A stretch of 64,000 nt of DNA. Source: the human T2T-CHM13v2.0 reference genome, Homo sapiens. Position 1 is the first letter of the stretch, and the number at the start of each line of letters is the position of its first letter. Location of the stretch: assembly GCF_009914755.1 (NCBI RefSeq), contig NC_060941.1. One strand, 5' to 3'. Shown here in pieces: positions 43,493 through 56,401 of the stretch. Made by a program: the position numbers and the translations under genes. The notes under the pieces are model-generated. The model worked only from the letters and a program-made list of their open reading frames with translations. It had not been told where the DNA came from and did no database searches.

Positions 43493-46400
43493 GAATTCGA
43501 TGGAAACGGGATAATTTCAGCTGACTAAACAGAAGCAGTCTCAGAATCTTCTTTGTGATGTTTGCATTCAAATCCCAGAGTTGAACTTTCCTTTCAAAGT
43601 TCACGTTTGAAACACTCTTTTTGCAGGATCTACAAGTGGATATTTGGACCACTCTGTGTCCTTCGTTCGAAACGGGTATATCTTCACATGACATCTAGAC
43701 AGAAGCATTCTCAGAAGCTTCTCTGTGATGACTGCATTCAACTCACGGAGTTGAACACTCCTTTTGAGAGCGCAGTTTTGAAACTCTCTTTCTGTGGCAT
43801 CCGCAAGGGGACATGTAGACCTCTTTGAAGATTTCGTTGGAAACGGAATCATCTTCACATAAAAACTATACAGATGCATTCTCAGGAACTTTTTGGTGAT
43901 GTTTGTATTCAACTCCCAGAGTTGAACTTTCCTTTGGAAAGAGCAGCTATGAAACACTCTTTTTCTAGAATCTGCAAGTGGACGTTTGGAGGGCTTTGTG
44001 GTTTGTGGTGGAAAAGGAAATATCTTCACCTAAATACTAGAGAGAAGCATTCTCAGAAACTGCTTTGTGATGATTGCATTCACCTCACAGAGTTGAACAT
44101 TCCTATTGATAGAGCAGTTTGGAAAAACTCTTGTTGTGGAATGTGCAAGTGGAGATTTGGAGCGCTTTGAGGCCTATGGTAGTAAAGGGAATAGCTTCAT
44201 AGAAAAACTAGACAGAAACATTCTCAGAAAATACTTTGTGATGATTGAGTTGAACTCACAGAGCTGAACATTCCTTTGGATGGAGCAGGTTTGAGACACA
44301 CTTTTTGTAGAATCTACAAGTGGATATTTGGACCTCTCTGAGGATTTCGTTGGAAACGGGATAACTGCACCTAACTAAACGGAAGCATTCTCAGAAACTT
44401 CTTGGTGATGTTTGCATTCAAATCCCAGAGTTGAACCTTCCTTTGATAGTTCAGGTTTGAAACACTCTTTTTGTAGGATCTGCAAGTGGATATTTGGACC
44501 ACTCTGTGGCCTTCGTTCGAAACGGGTACATCTTCGCATAAAATCTAGACAGAAGCCTTCTCAGAAACTTCTCTGTGATGATTGCATTCAACTCACAGAG
44601 TTGAACCCTCCTATGGATAGAGCAGTGTTGAAACTCTCTTTTTGTGGAATCTGCAAGTGGATATGTGGACCTCTCCGAAGATGTCTTTGGAAACGGGAAT
44701 ATCTTCACATAAAAACTAAACAGAAGCATTCTCAGAAACTTCTCTGTGATGTTTGTGTTCAACTCCCAGAGTTTCACGTTGCTTTTCATAGAGTAGTTCT
44801 GAAACATGCTTTTCGTAGTGTCTGCAAGTGTACATTTGGAGCGCTTTCAGGCCTGTGGTGGAAAACGAATTATGGTCACATAAAAACTGGAGAGAAGCAT
44901 TGTCAGAAACTTCTTTGTGATGATTGCATTCAACTCACAGAGTTGAAGGTTCCTTTTCAAACAGCAGTTTCCAATCACTCTTTCTGTGGAATCTGCAAGT
45001 GGATATTTGGACCTCTTTGAAGATTTCGTTGGAAACGGGAGAATCTTCACAGAAAAGCTAAACAGAAGCATTCTCAGAAACTTCTTTGTGATGCTTGCAT
45101 TCAACTCACAGAGTTGAACTTTCCTTTCGAGAGAGAAGCTTTGAAACACTCTTTTTCCAGAATGTGCAAGTGGACATTTGGAGGGCTTTGAGGCCTGTGG
45201 TGGAAAAGGAATTATCTTCCCGTAAAAGCTAGATAGAAGCATTCTCAGAAACTACTTTGTGATGATTGCATTCAAGTCACAGAGTTGAACATTCCCTTTG
45301 ACAGAGCAGTTTGGAAACTCTCTTTGTGTAGAATCTGCAAGTGGAGATATGGACCGCTTTGAGGCCTATGGTAGTAAAGGAAATATCTTCATATAAAAGC
45401 TAGACAGTAGCATTCACAGAAAACTCTTGGTGACGACTGAGTTTAACTCACAGAGCTGAACATTCCTTTGGATGGAGCAGTTTCGAACCACACTATTTGT
45501 AGAATCTGCAAGTGGATATGTGGGCCTCTCTGAGGATTTCGTTGGAAACGGGATAAAACGCACAGAACTAAAACAGAAGCATTCTCAGAACCCTCTTCGT
45601 GATGTTTGCATTCAACTCACAGTGCTGAACCTTTCTTTGATAGTGCAGCTTTGAAACACTCTTTTTGTAGAAACTGCAAGTGGATATTTGGTCCTCTCTG
45701 AGGATTTCGTTGGAAACGGGATAAAACGCACAGAACTAAACAGAAGCATTCTCAGAACCTTCTTCGTGATGTCTGCATTCATCTCACAGTGTGGAACCTT
45801 TCTTTGATAGTTCAGGTTTGAAACACTCTTTTTGTAGAAACTGCAAGGGGATAATTGCACTTCTTTGAGGCCTACCGTAGTAAAGGAAATAACTTCCTAT
45901 AGAAAGAAGAAAGAAGCTTTCTAAGAAAATTCTTTGGGATGATTGAGTGGAACTCACAGAGCTGAACATTCCTTGCGATGTAGCAGTTTAGAAACACACT
46001 TTCTGCAGAATCTGCAAGTGCATATGTGGACCTCTCTGAGGAATTCGTTGGAAACGGGATAATTTCAGCTGACTAAACAGAAGCAGTCTCAGAATCTTCT
46101 TTGTGATGTTTGCATTCAAATCCCAGAGTTGAACTTTCCTTTCAAAGTTCACGTTTGAAACACTCTTTTTGCAGGATCTACAAGTGGATATTTGGACCAC
46201 TCTGTGTCCTTCGTTCGAAACGGGTATATCTTCACATGACATCTAGACAGAAGCATTCTCAGAAGCTTCTCTGTGATGACTGCATTCAACTCACGGAGTT
46301 GAACACTCCTTTTGAGAGCGCAGTTTTGAAACTCTCTTTCTGTGGCATCTGCAAGGGGACATATAGACCTCTTTGAAGATTTCGTTGGAAACGGAATCAT

Positions 46401-49400
46401 CTTCACATAAAAACTATACAGATGCATTCTCAGGAACTTTTTGGTGATGTTTGTATTCAACTCCCAGAGTTGAACTTTCCTTTGGAAAGAGCAGCTATGA
46501 AACACTCTTTTTCTAGAATCTGCAAGTGGACGTTTGGAAGGCTTTGTGGTTTGTGGTGGAAAAGGAAATATCTTCACCTAAATACTAGATAGAAGCATTC
46601 CCAGAAACTGCTTTGTGATGATTGCATTCACCTCACAGAGTTGAACATTCCTATTGATAGAGCAGTTTGGAAACACTCTTGTTGTGGAATGTGCAAGTGG
46701 AGATTTGGAACGCTTTGAGGCCTATGGTAGTAAAGGGAATAGCTTCATAGAAAAACTAGACAGAAGCATTCTCAGAAAATACTTTGTGATGATTGAGTTG
46801 AACTCACAGAGCTGAACATTCCTTTGGATGGAGCAGGTTTGAGACACACTTTTTGTAGAATCTACAAGTGGATATTTGGACCTCTCTGAGGATTTCGTTG
46901 GAAACGGGATAACTGCACCTAACTAAACGGAAGCATTCTCAGAAACTTCTTGGTGATGTTTGCATTCAAATCCCAGAGTTGAACCTTCCTTTGATAGTTC
47001 AGGGTTGAAACACTCTTTTTGTAGGATCTGCAAGTGGATATTTGGACCACTCTGTGGCCTTCGTTCGAAACGGGTATATCTTCGCATAAAATCTAGACAG
47101 AAGCCTTCTCAGAAACTTCTCTGTGATGATTGCATTCAACTCACAGAGTTGAACCCTCCTATGGATAGAGCAGTGTTGAAACTCTCTTTTTGTGGAATCT
47201 GCAAGTGAATATGTGGACCTATCCGAAGATGTCTTTGGAAACGGGAATATCTTCACATAAATACTAAACAGAAGCATTCTCAGAAACTTCTCTGTGATGT
47301 TTGTGTTCAACTCCCAGAGTTTCACATTGCTTTTCATAGAGTAGTTCTGAAACATGCTTTTCGTAGTGTCTACAAGTGGACATTTGGAGCGCTTTCAGGC
47401 CTGTGGTGGAAAACGAATTATGGTCACATAAAAACTGGAGAGAAGCATTGTCAGAAACTTCTTTGTGATGATTGCATTCAACTCACAGAGTTGAAGGTTC
47501 CTTTTCAAAGAGCAGTTTCCAATCACTCTTTCTGTGGAATCTGCAAGTGGATATTTCGACCTATTTTGAAGATTTCGTTGGAAACGGGGGAATCTTCACA
47601 GAAAAGCTAAACAGAAGCATTCTCAGAAACTTCTTTGTGATGCTTGCATTCAACTCACAGAGTTGAACTTTCCTTTCGAGAGAGAAGCTTTGAAACACTC
47701 TTTTTCCAGAATGTGCAAGTGGACATTTGGAGGGCTTTGAGGCCTGTGGTGGAAAAGGAATTATCTTCCCGTAAAAGCTAGATAGAAGCATTCTCAGAAA
47801 CTACTTTGTGATGATTGCATTCAAGTCACAGAGTTGAACATTCCCTTTGACAGAGCAGTTTGGAAACTCTCTTTGTGTAGAATCTGCAAGTGGAGATATG
47901 GACCGCTTTGAGGCCTATGGTAGTAAAGGAAATAGCTTCATATAAAAGCTAGACAGTAGCATTCACAGAAAACTCTTGGTGACGACTGAGTTTAACTCAC
48001 AGAGCTGAACATTCCTTTGGATGGAGCAGTTTCGAAACACACTATTTGTAGAATGTGCAAGTGGATATTTGGGCCTCTCTGAGGATTTCGTTGGAAACGG
48101 GATAAACCGCACAGAAATAAACAGAAGCATTCTCAGAAACTTCTTCGTGATGTTTGCATTCAACTCACACTGTTGAACCTTTCTTTGATAGTTCAGGTTT
48201 GAAACGGTCTTTCTGTAGAAACTGCAAGTAGATATTTGGACCTCTCTGAGGATTTCGTTGGAAACGGGATAAATCGCACAGAAGTAAACAGAAGCATTCT
48301 CAGAACCTTCTTCGTGATGTCTGCATTCAACTCACAGTGTGGATCCTTTCTTTGATAGTTCAGGTTTGAAACACTCTTTTTGTAGAAACTGCAAGGGTAT
48401 AATTGCACTTCTTTGAGGCCTACCGTAGTAAAGGAAATAACTTCCAATAGAAAGAAGACAGAAGCTTTCTCAGAAAATTCTTTGGGATGATTGAGTGGAA
48501 CTCACAGAGCTGAACATTCCTTGCGATGGAGCAGTTTAGAAACACACTTTCTGCAGAATCTGCAAGTGCATATTTGGACCTCTCTGAGGAATTCGTTGGA
48601 AACGGGATAATTTCAGCTGACTAAACAGAAGCAGTCTCAGAATCTTCTTTGTGATGTTTGCATTCAAATCCCAGAATTGAACTTTACTTTAAAGTTCACG
48701 TTTGAAACACTCTTTTTGCAGGATCTACAAGTGGATATTTGGACCACTCTGTGTCCTTCGTTCGAAACGGGTATATCTTCACATGACATCTAGACAGAGG
48801 CATCCTCAGAAGCTTCTCTGTGATGACTGCATTCAACTCACGGAGTTGAACACTCCTTTTGAGAGCGCAGTTTTGAAACTCTCTTTCTGTGGCATCTGCA
48901 AGGGGACATGTAGACCTCTTTGAAGATTTCGTTGGAAACGGAATCATCTTCACATAAAAACTATACAGACGCATTCTCAGGAACTTTTTGGTGATGTTTG
49001 TATTCAACTCCCAGAGTTGAACTTTCCTTTGGAAAGAGCAGCTATGAAACACTCTTTTTCTAGAATCTGCAAGTGGACGTTTGGAGGGCTTTGTGGTTTG
49101 TGGTGGAAAAGGAAATATCTTCACCTAAATACTAGATAGAAGCATTCTCAGAAACTGCTTTGTGATGATTGCATTCACCTCACAGAGTTGAACATTCCTA
49201 TTGATAGAGCAGTTTGGAAACACTCTTGTTGTGGAATGTGCAAGTGGAGATTTGGAGCGCTTTGAGGCCTATGGTAGTAAAGGGAATAGCTTCATAGAAA
49301 AACTAGACAGAAGCATTCTCAGAAAATACTTTGTGATGATTGAGTTGAACTCACAGAGCTGAACATTCCTTTGGATGGAGCAGGTTTGAGACACACTTTT

Positions 49401-52400
49401 TGTAGAATCTACAAGTGGATATTTGGACCTCTCTGAGGATTTCGTTGGAAACGGGATAACTGCACCTAACTAAACGGAAGGATTCTCAGAAACTTCTTGG
49501 TGATGTTTGCATTCAAATCCCAGAGTTGAACCTTCCTTTGATAGTTCAGGTTTGAAACACTCTTTTTGTAGGATCTGCAAGTGGCTATTTGGACCACTCT
49601 GTGGCATTCTTTCAAAACGGGTATATCTTCGCATAAAATCTAGACAGAAGCCTTCTCAGAAACTTCTCTGTGATGATTGCATTCAACTCACAGAGTTGAA
49701 CCCTCCTATGGATAGAGCAGTGTTGAAACTCTCTTTTTGTGGAATCTGCAAGTGGATATGTGGACCTCTTTGAAGATGTCTTTGGAAACGGGAATATCTT
49801 CACATAAAAACTAAACGGAAGCATTCTCAGAAACTTCTCTGTGATGTTTGTGTTCAACTCCCAGAGTTTCACATTGCTTTTCATAGAGTAGTTCTGAAAC
49901 ATGCTTTTCGTAGTGTCTACAAGTGGACATTTGGAGCGCTTCCAGGCCTGTGGTGGAAAACGAATTATGGTCACATAAAAACTGGAGAGAAGCATTGTCA
50001 GAAACTTCTTTGTGATGATTGCATTCAACTCACAGAGTTGAAGGTTCCTTTTCAAAGAGCAGTTTCCAATCACTCTTTCTGTGGAATCTGCAAGTGGATA
50101 TTTCGACCTATTTTGAAGATTTCGTTGGAAACGGGATAATCTTCACAGAAAAGCTAAACAGAAGCATTCTCAGAAACTTCTTTGTGATGCTTGCATTCAA
50201 CTCACAGAGTTGAACTTTCCTTTCGAGAGAGAAGCTTTGAAACACTCTTTTTCCAGAATGTGCAAGTGGACATTTGGAGGGCTTTGAGGCCTGTGGTGGA
50301 AAAGGAATTATCTTCCCGTAAAAGCTAGATAGAAGCATTCTCAGAAACTACTTTGTGATGATTGCATTCAAGTCACAGAGTTGAACATTCCCTTTGACAG
50401 AGCAGTTTGGAAACTCTCTTTGTGTAGAATCTGCAAGTGGAGATATGGACCGCTTTGAGGCCTATGGTAGTAAAGGAAATAGCTTCATATAAAAGCTAGA
50501 CAGTAGCATTCACAGAAAACTCTTGGTGACGACTGAGTTTAACTCACAGAGCTGAACATTCCTTTGGATGGAGCAGTTTCGAAACACACTATTTGTAGAA
50601 TGTGCAAGTGGATATTTGGGCCTCTCTGAGGATTTCGCTGGAAACGGGATAAACCGCACAGAACTAAACAGAAGCATTCTCTGAACCTTCTTCGTGATGT
50701 TTGCATTCAACTCACAGTGTTGAACCTTTCTTTGATAGTTCAGGTTGGAAACGGTCTTTCTGTAGAAACTGCAAGTAGATATTTGGACCTCTCTGAGGAT
50801 TTCGTTGGAAACGGGATAAACCGCACAGAACTAAAACAGAAGCATTCTCAGAACCCTCTTCGTGATGTTTGCATTCAACCCACAGTGCTGAACCTTTCTT
50901 TGATAGTTCAGCTTTGAAACACTCTTCTTGTAGAAACTGCAAGTGGATATTTGGTCCTCTCTGAGGATTTCGTTGGAAACGGGATAAACCGCACAGAACT
51001 AAACAGAAGCATTCTCAGAACCTTCTTCGTGATGTCTGCATTCAACTCACAGTGTGGAACCTTTCTTTGATAGTTCAGGTTTGAAACACTCTTTTTGTAG
51101 AAACTGCAAGGGGATAATTGCACTTCTTTGAGGCCTACCGTAGTAAAGGAAATAACTTCCTATAGAAAGAAGACAGAAGCTTTCTCAGAAAATTCTTTGG
51201 GATGATTGAGTGGAACTCACAGAGCTGAACATTCCTTGCGATGTAGCAGTTTAGAAACACACTTTCTGCAGAATCTGCAAGTGCATATTTGAACCTCTCT
51301 GAGGAATTCGTTGGAAACGGGATAATTTCAGCTGACTAAACAGAAGCAGTCTCAGAATCTTCTTTGTGATGTTTGCATTCAAATCCCAGAGTTGAACTTT
51401 CCTTTCAAAGTTCACGTTTGAAACACTCTTTTTGCAGGATCTACAAGTGGATATTTGGACCACTCTGTGTCCTTCGTTCGAAACGGGTATATCTTCACAT
51501 GACATCTAGACAGAAGCATTCTCAGAAGCTTCTCTGTGATGACTGCATTCAACTCACGGAGTTGAACACTCCTTTTGAGAGCGCAGTTTTGAAACTCTCT
51601 TTCTGTGGCATCCGCAAGGGGACATGTAGACCTCTTTGAAGATTTCGTTGGAAACGGAATCATCTTCACATAAAAACTATACAGATGCATTCTCAGGAAC
51701 TTTTTGGTGATGTTTGTATTCAACTCCCAGAGTTGAACTTTCCTTTGGAAAGAGCAGCTATGAAACACTCTTTTTCTAGAATCTGCAAGTGGACGTTTGG
51801 AGGGCTTTGTGGTTTGTGGTGGAAAAGGAAATATCTTCACCTAAATACTAGAGAGAAGCATTCTCAGAAACTGCTTTGTGATGATTGCATTCACCTCACA
51901 GAGTTGAACATTCCTATTGATAGAGCAGTTTGGAAACACTCTTGTTGTGGAATGTGCAAGTGGAGATTTGGAGCGCTTTGAGGCCTATGGTAGTAAAGGG
52001 AATAGCTTCATAGAAAAACTAGACAGAAGCATTCTCAGAAAATACTTTGTGATGATTGAGTTGAACTCACAGAGCTGAACATTCCTTTGGATGGAGCAGG
52101 TTTGAGACACACTTTTTGTAGAATCTACAAGTGGATATTTGGACCTCTCTGAGGATTTCGTTGGAAACGGGATAACTGCACCTAACTAAACGGAAGCATT
52201 CTCAGAAACTTCTTGGTGATGTTTGCATTCAAATCCCAGAGTTGAACCTTCCTTTGACAGTTCAGGTTTGAAACACTCTTTTTGTAGGATCTGCAAGTGG
52301 ATATTTGGACCACTCTGTGGCCTTCGTTCGAAACGGGTACATCTTCGCATAAAATCTAGACAGAAGCTTTCTCAGAAACTTCTCTGTGATGATTGCATTC

Positions 52401-53852
52401 AACTCACAGAGTTGAACCCTCCTATGGATAGAGCAGTGTTGAAACTCTCTTTTTGTGGAATCTGCAAGTGGATATGTGGACCTCTCCGAAGATGTCTTTG
52501 GAAACGGGAATATCTTCACATAATAACTAAACAGAAGCATTCTCAGAAACTTCTCTGTGATGTTTGTGTTCAACTCCCAGACTTTCACATTGCTTTTCAT
52601 AGAGTAGTTCTGAAACATGCTTTTCGTAGTGTCTACAAGTGGACATTTGGAGCGCTTCCAGTCCTGTGGTGGAAAACGAATTATGGTCACATAAAAACTG
52701 GAGAGAAGCATTGTCAGAAACTTCTTTGTGATGATTGCATTCAACTCACAGAGTTGAAGGTTCCTTTTCAAAGAGCAGTTTCCAATCACTCTTTCTGTGG
52801 AATCTGCAAGTGGATATTTCGACCTATTTTGAAGATTTCGTTGGAAACGGGAGAATCTTCACAGAAAAGCTAAACAGAAGCATTCTCAGAAACTTCTTTG
52901 TGATGCTTGCATTCAACTCACAGAGTTGAACTTTCCTTTCGAGAGAGAAGCTTTGAAACACTCTTTTTCCAGAATCTGCAAGTGGACATTTGGAGGGCTT
53001 TGAGGCCTGTGGTGGAAAAGGAATTATCTTCCCGTAAAAGCTAGATAGAAGCATTCTCAGAAACTACTTTGTGATGATTGCATTCAAGTCACAGAGTTGA
53101 ACATTCCCTTTGACAGAGCAGTTTGGAAACTCTCTTTGTGTAGAATCTGCAAGTGGAGATATGGACCGCTTTGAGGCCTATGGTAGTAAAGGAAATAGCT
53201 TCATATAAAAGCTAGACAGTAGCATTCACAGAAAACTCTTGGTGACGACTGAGTTTAACTCACAGAGCTGAACATTCCTTTGGATGGAGCAGTTTCGAAA
53301 CACACTATTTGTAGAATCTGCAAGTGGATATTTGGGCCTCTCTGAGGATTTCGTTGGAAACGGGATAAACCGCACAGAACTAAAACAGAAGCATTCTCAG
53401 AACCCTCTTCGTGATGTTTGCATTCAACTCACAGTGCTGAACCTTTCTTTGATAGTTCAGCTTTGAAACACTCTTCTTGTAGAAACTGCAAGTGGATATT
53501 TGGTCCTCTCTGAGGATTTCGTTGGAAACGGGATAAACCGCACAGAACTAAACAGAAGCATTCTCAGAACCTTCTTCGTGATGTCTGCATTCAACTCACA
53601 GTGTGGAACCTTTCTTTGATAGTTCAGGTTTGAAACACTCTTTTTGTAGAAACTGCAAGGGGATAATTGCACTTCTTTGAGGCCTACCGTAGTAAAGGAA
53701 ATAACTTCCTATAGAAAGAAGACAGAAGCTTTCTCAGAAAATTCTTTGGGATGATTGAGTGGAACTCACAGAGCTGAACATTCCTTGCGATGTAGCAGTT
53801 TAGAAACACACTTTCTGCAGAATCTGCAAGTGCATATTTGGACCTCTCTGAG

Positions 53853-56401
53853 GAATTCGTTGGAAACGGGATAATTTCAGCTGACTAAACAGAAGCAGTC
53901 TCAGAATCTTCTTTGTGATGTTTGCATTCAAATCCCAGAGTTGAACTTTCCTTTCAAAGTTCACGTTTGAAACACTCTTTTTGCAGGATCTACAAGTGGA
54001 TATTTGGACCACTCTGTGTCCTTCGTTCGAAACGGATATATCTTCACATGACATCTAGACAGAAGCATTCTCAGAAGCTTCTCTGTGATGACTGCATTCA
54101 ACTCACGGAGTTGAACACTCCTCTTGAGAGCGCAGTTTTGAAACTCTCTTTCTGTGGCATCCGCAAGGGGACATGTAGACCTCTTTGAAGATTTCGTTGG
54201 AAACGGAATCATCTTCACATAAAATCTATACAGATGCATTCTCAGGAACTTTTTGGTGATGTTTCTATTCAACTCCCAGAGTTGAACTTTCCTTTGGAAA
54301 GAGCAGCTATGAAACACTCTTTTTCTAGAATCTGCAAGTGGACGTTTGGAGGGCTTTGTGGTTTGTGGTGGAAAAGGAAATATCTTCACCTAAATACTAG
54401 AGAGAAGCATTCTCAGAAACTGCTTTGTGATGATTGCATTCACCTCACAGAGTTGAACATTCCTATTGATAGAGCAGGTTGGAAACACTCTTGTTGTGGA
54501 ATGTGCAAGTGGAGATTTGGAGCGCTTTGAGGCCTATGGTAGTAAAGGGAATAGCTTCATAGAAAAACTAGACAGAAGCATTCTCAGAAAATACTTTGTG
54601 ATGATTGAGTTGAACTCACAGAGCTGAACATTCCTTTGGATGGAGCAGGTTTGAGACACACTTTTTGTAGAATCTACAAGTGGATATTTGGACCTCTCTG
54701 AGGATTTCGTTGGAAACGGGATAACTGCACCTAACTAAACGGAAGGATTCTCAGAAACTTCTTGGTGATGTTTGCATTCAAATCCCAGAGTTGAACCTTC
54801 CTTTGATAGTTCAGGTTTGAAACACTCTTTTTGTAGGATCTGCAAGTGGCTATTTGGACCACTCTGTGGCATTCGTTCAAAACGGGTATATCTTCGCATA
54901 AAATCTAGACAGAAGCCTTCTCAGAAACTTCTCTGTGATGATTGCATTCAACTCACAGAGTTGAACCCTCCTATGGATAGAGCAGTGTTGAAACTCTCTT
55001 TTTGTGGAATCTGCAAGTGGATATGTGGACCTCTTTGAAGATGTCTTTGGAAACGGGAATATCTTCACATAAAAACTAAACGGAAGCATTCTCAGAAACT
55101 TCTCTGTGATGTTTGTGTTCAACTCCCAGAGTTTCACATTGCTTTTCATAGAGTAGTTCTGAAACATGCTTTTCGTAGTGTCTACAAGTGGACATTTGGA
55201 GCGCTTCCAGGCCTGTGGTGGAAAACGAATTATGGTCACATAAAAACTGGAGAGAAGCATTGTCAGAAACTTCTTTGTGATGATTGCATTCAACTCACAG
55301 AGTTGAAGGTTCCTTTTCAAAGAGCAGTTTCCAATCACTCTTTCTGTGGAATCTGCAAGTGGATATTTCGACCTATTTTGAAGATTTCGTTGGAAACGGG
55401 ATAATCTTCACAGAAAAGCTAAACAGAAGCATTCTCAGAAACTTCTTTGTGATGCTTGCATTCAACTCACAGAGTTGAACTTTCCTTTCGAGAGAGAAGC
55501 TTTGAAACACTCTTTTTCCAGAATGTGCAAGTGGACATTTGGAGGGCTTTGAGGCCTGTGGTGGAAAAGGAATTATCTTCCCGTAAAAGCTAGATAGAAG
55601 CATTCTCAGAAACTACTTTGTGATGATTGCATTCAAGTCACAGAGTTGAACATTCCCTTTGACAGAGCAGTTTGGAAACTCTCTTTGTGTAGAATCTGCA
55701 AGTGGAGATATGGACCGCTTTGAGGCCTATTTTAGTAAAGGAAATAGCTTCATATAAAAGCTAGACAGTAGCATTCACAGAAAACTCTTGGTGACGACTG
55801 AGTTTAACTCACAGAGCTGAACATTCCTTTGGATGGAGCAGTTTCGAAACACACTATTTGTAGAATGTGCAAGTGGATATTTGGGCCTCTCTGAGGATTT
55901 CGCTGGAAACGGGATAAACCGCACAGAACTAAACAGAAGCATTCTCTGAACCTTCTTCGTGATGTTTGCATTCAACTCACAGTGTTGAACCTTTCTTTGA
56001 TAGTTCAGGTTGGAAACGGTCTTTCTGTAGAAACTGCAAGTAGATATTTGGACCTCTCTGAGGATTTCGTTGGAAACGGGATAAACCGCACAGAACTAAA
56101 ACAGAAGCATTCTCAGAACCCTCTTCGTGATGTTTGCATTCAACTCACAGTGCTGAACCTTTCTTTGATAGTTCAGCTTTGAAACACTCTTTTTGTAGAA
56201 ACTGCAAGGGTATAATTGCACTTCTTTGAGGCCTACCGTAGTAAAGGAAATAACTTCCAATAGAAAGAAGACAGAAGCTTTCTCAGAAAATTCTTTGGGA
56301 TGATTGAGTGGAACTCACAGAGCTGAACATTCCTTGCGATGTAGCAGTTTAGAAACACACTTTCTGCAGAATCTGCAAGTGCATATTTGGACCTCTCTGA
56401 G
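53853..56401 (+). repeat. 15-mer HOR, type III (2549 bp), recombinant derived from a 16-mer
   Basis: Carries 16-mer SNPs and the first two triplet boxes, then the hybrid CAGCTTTGAAACACTCTTTTTGTAGAAACTGCAAGGGTAT at 56174-56213 skips the third box. Confidence 0.87.
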
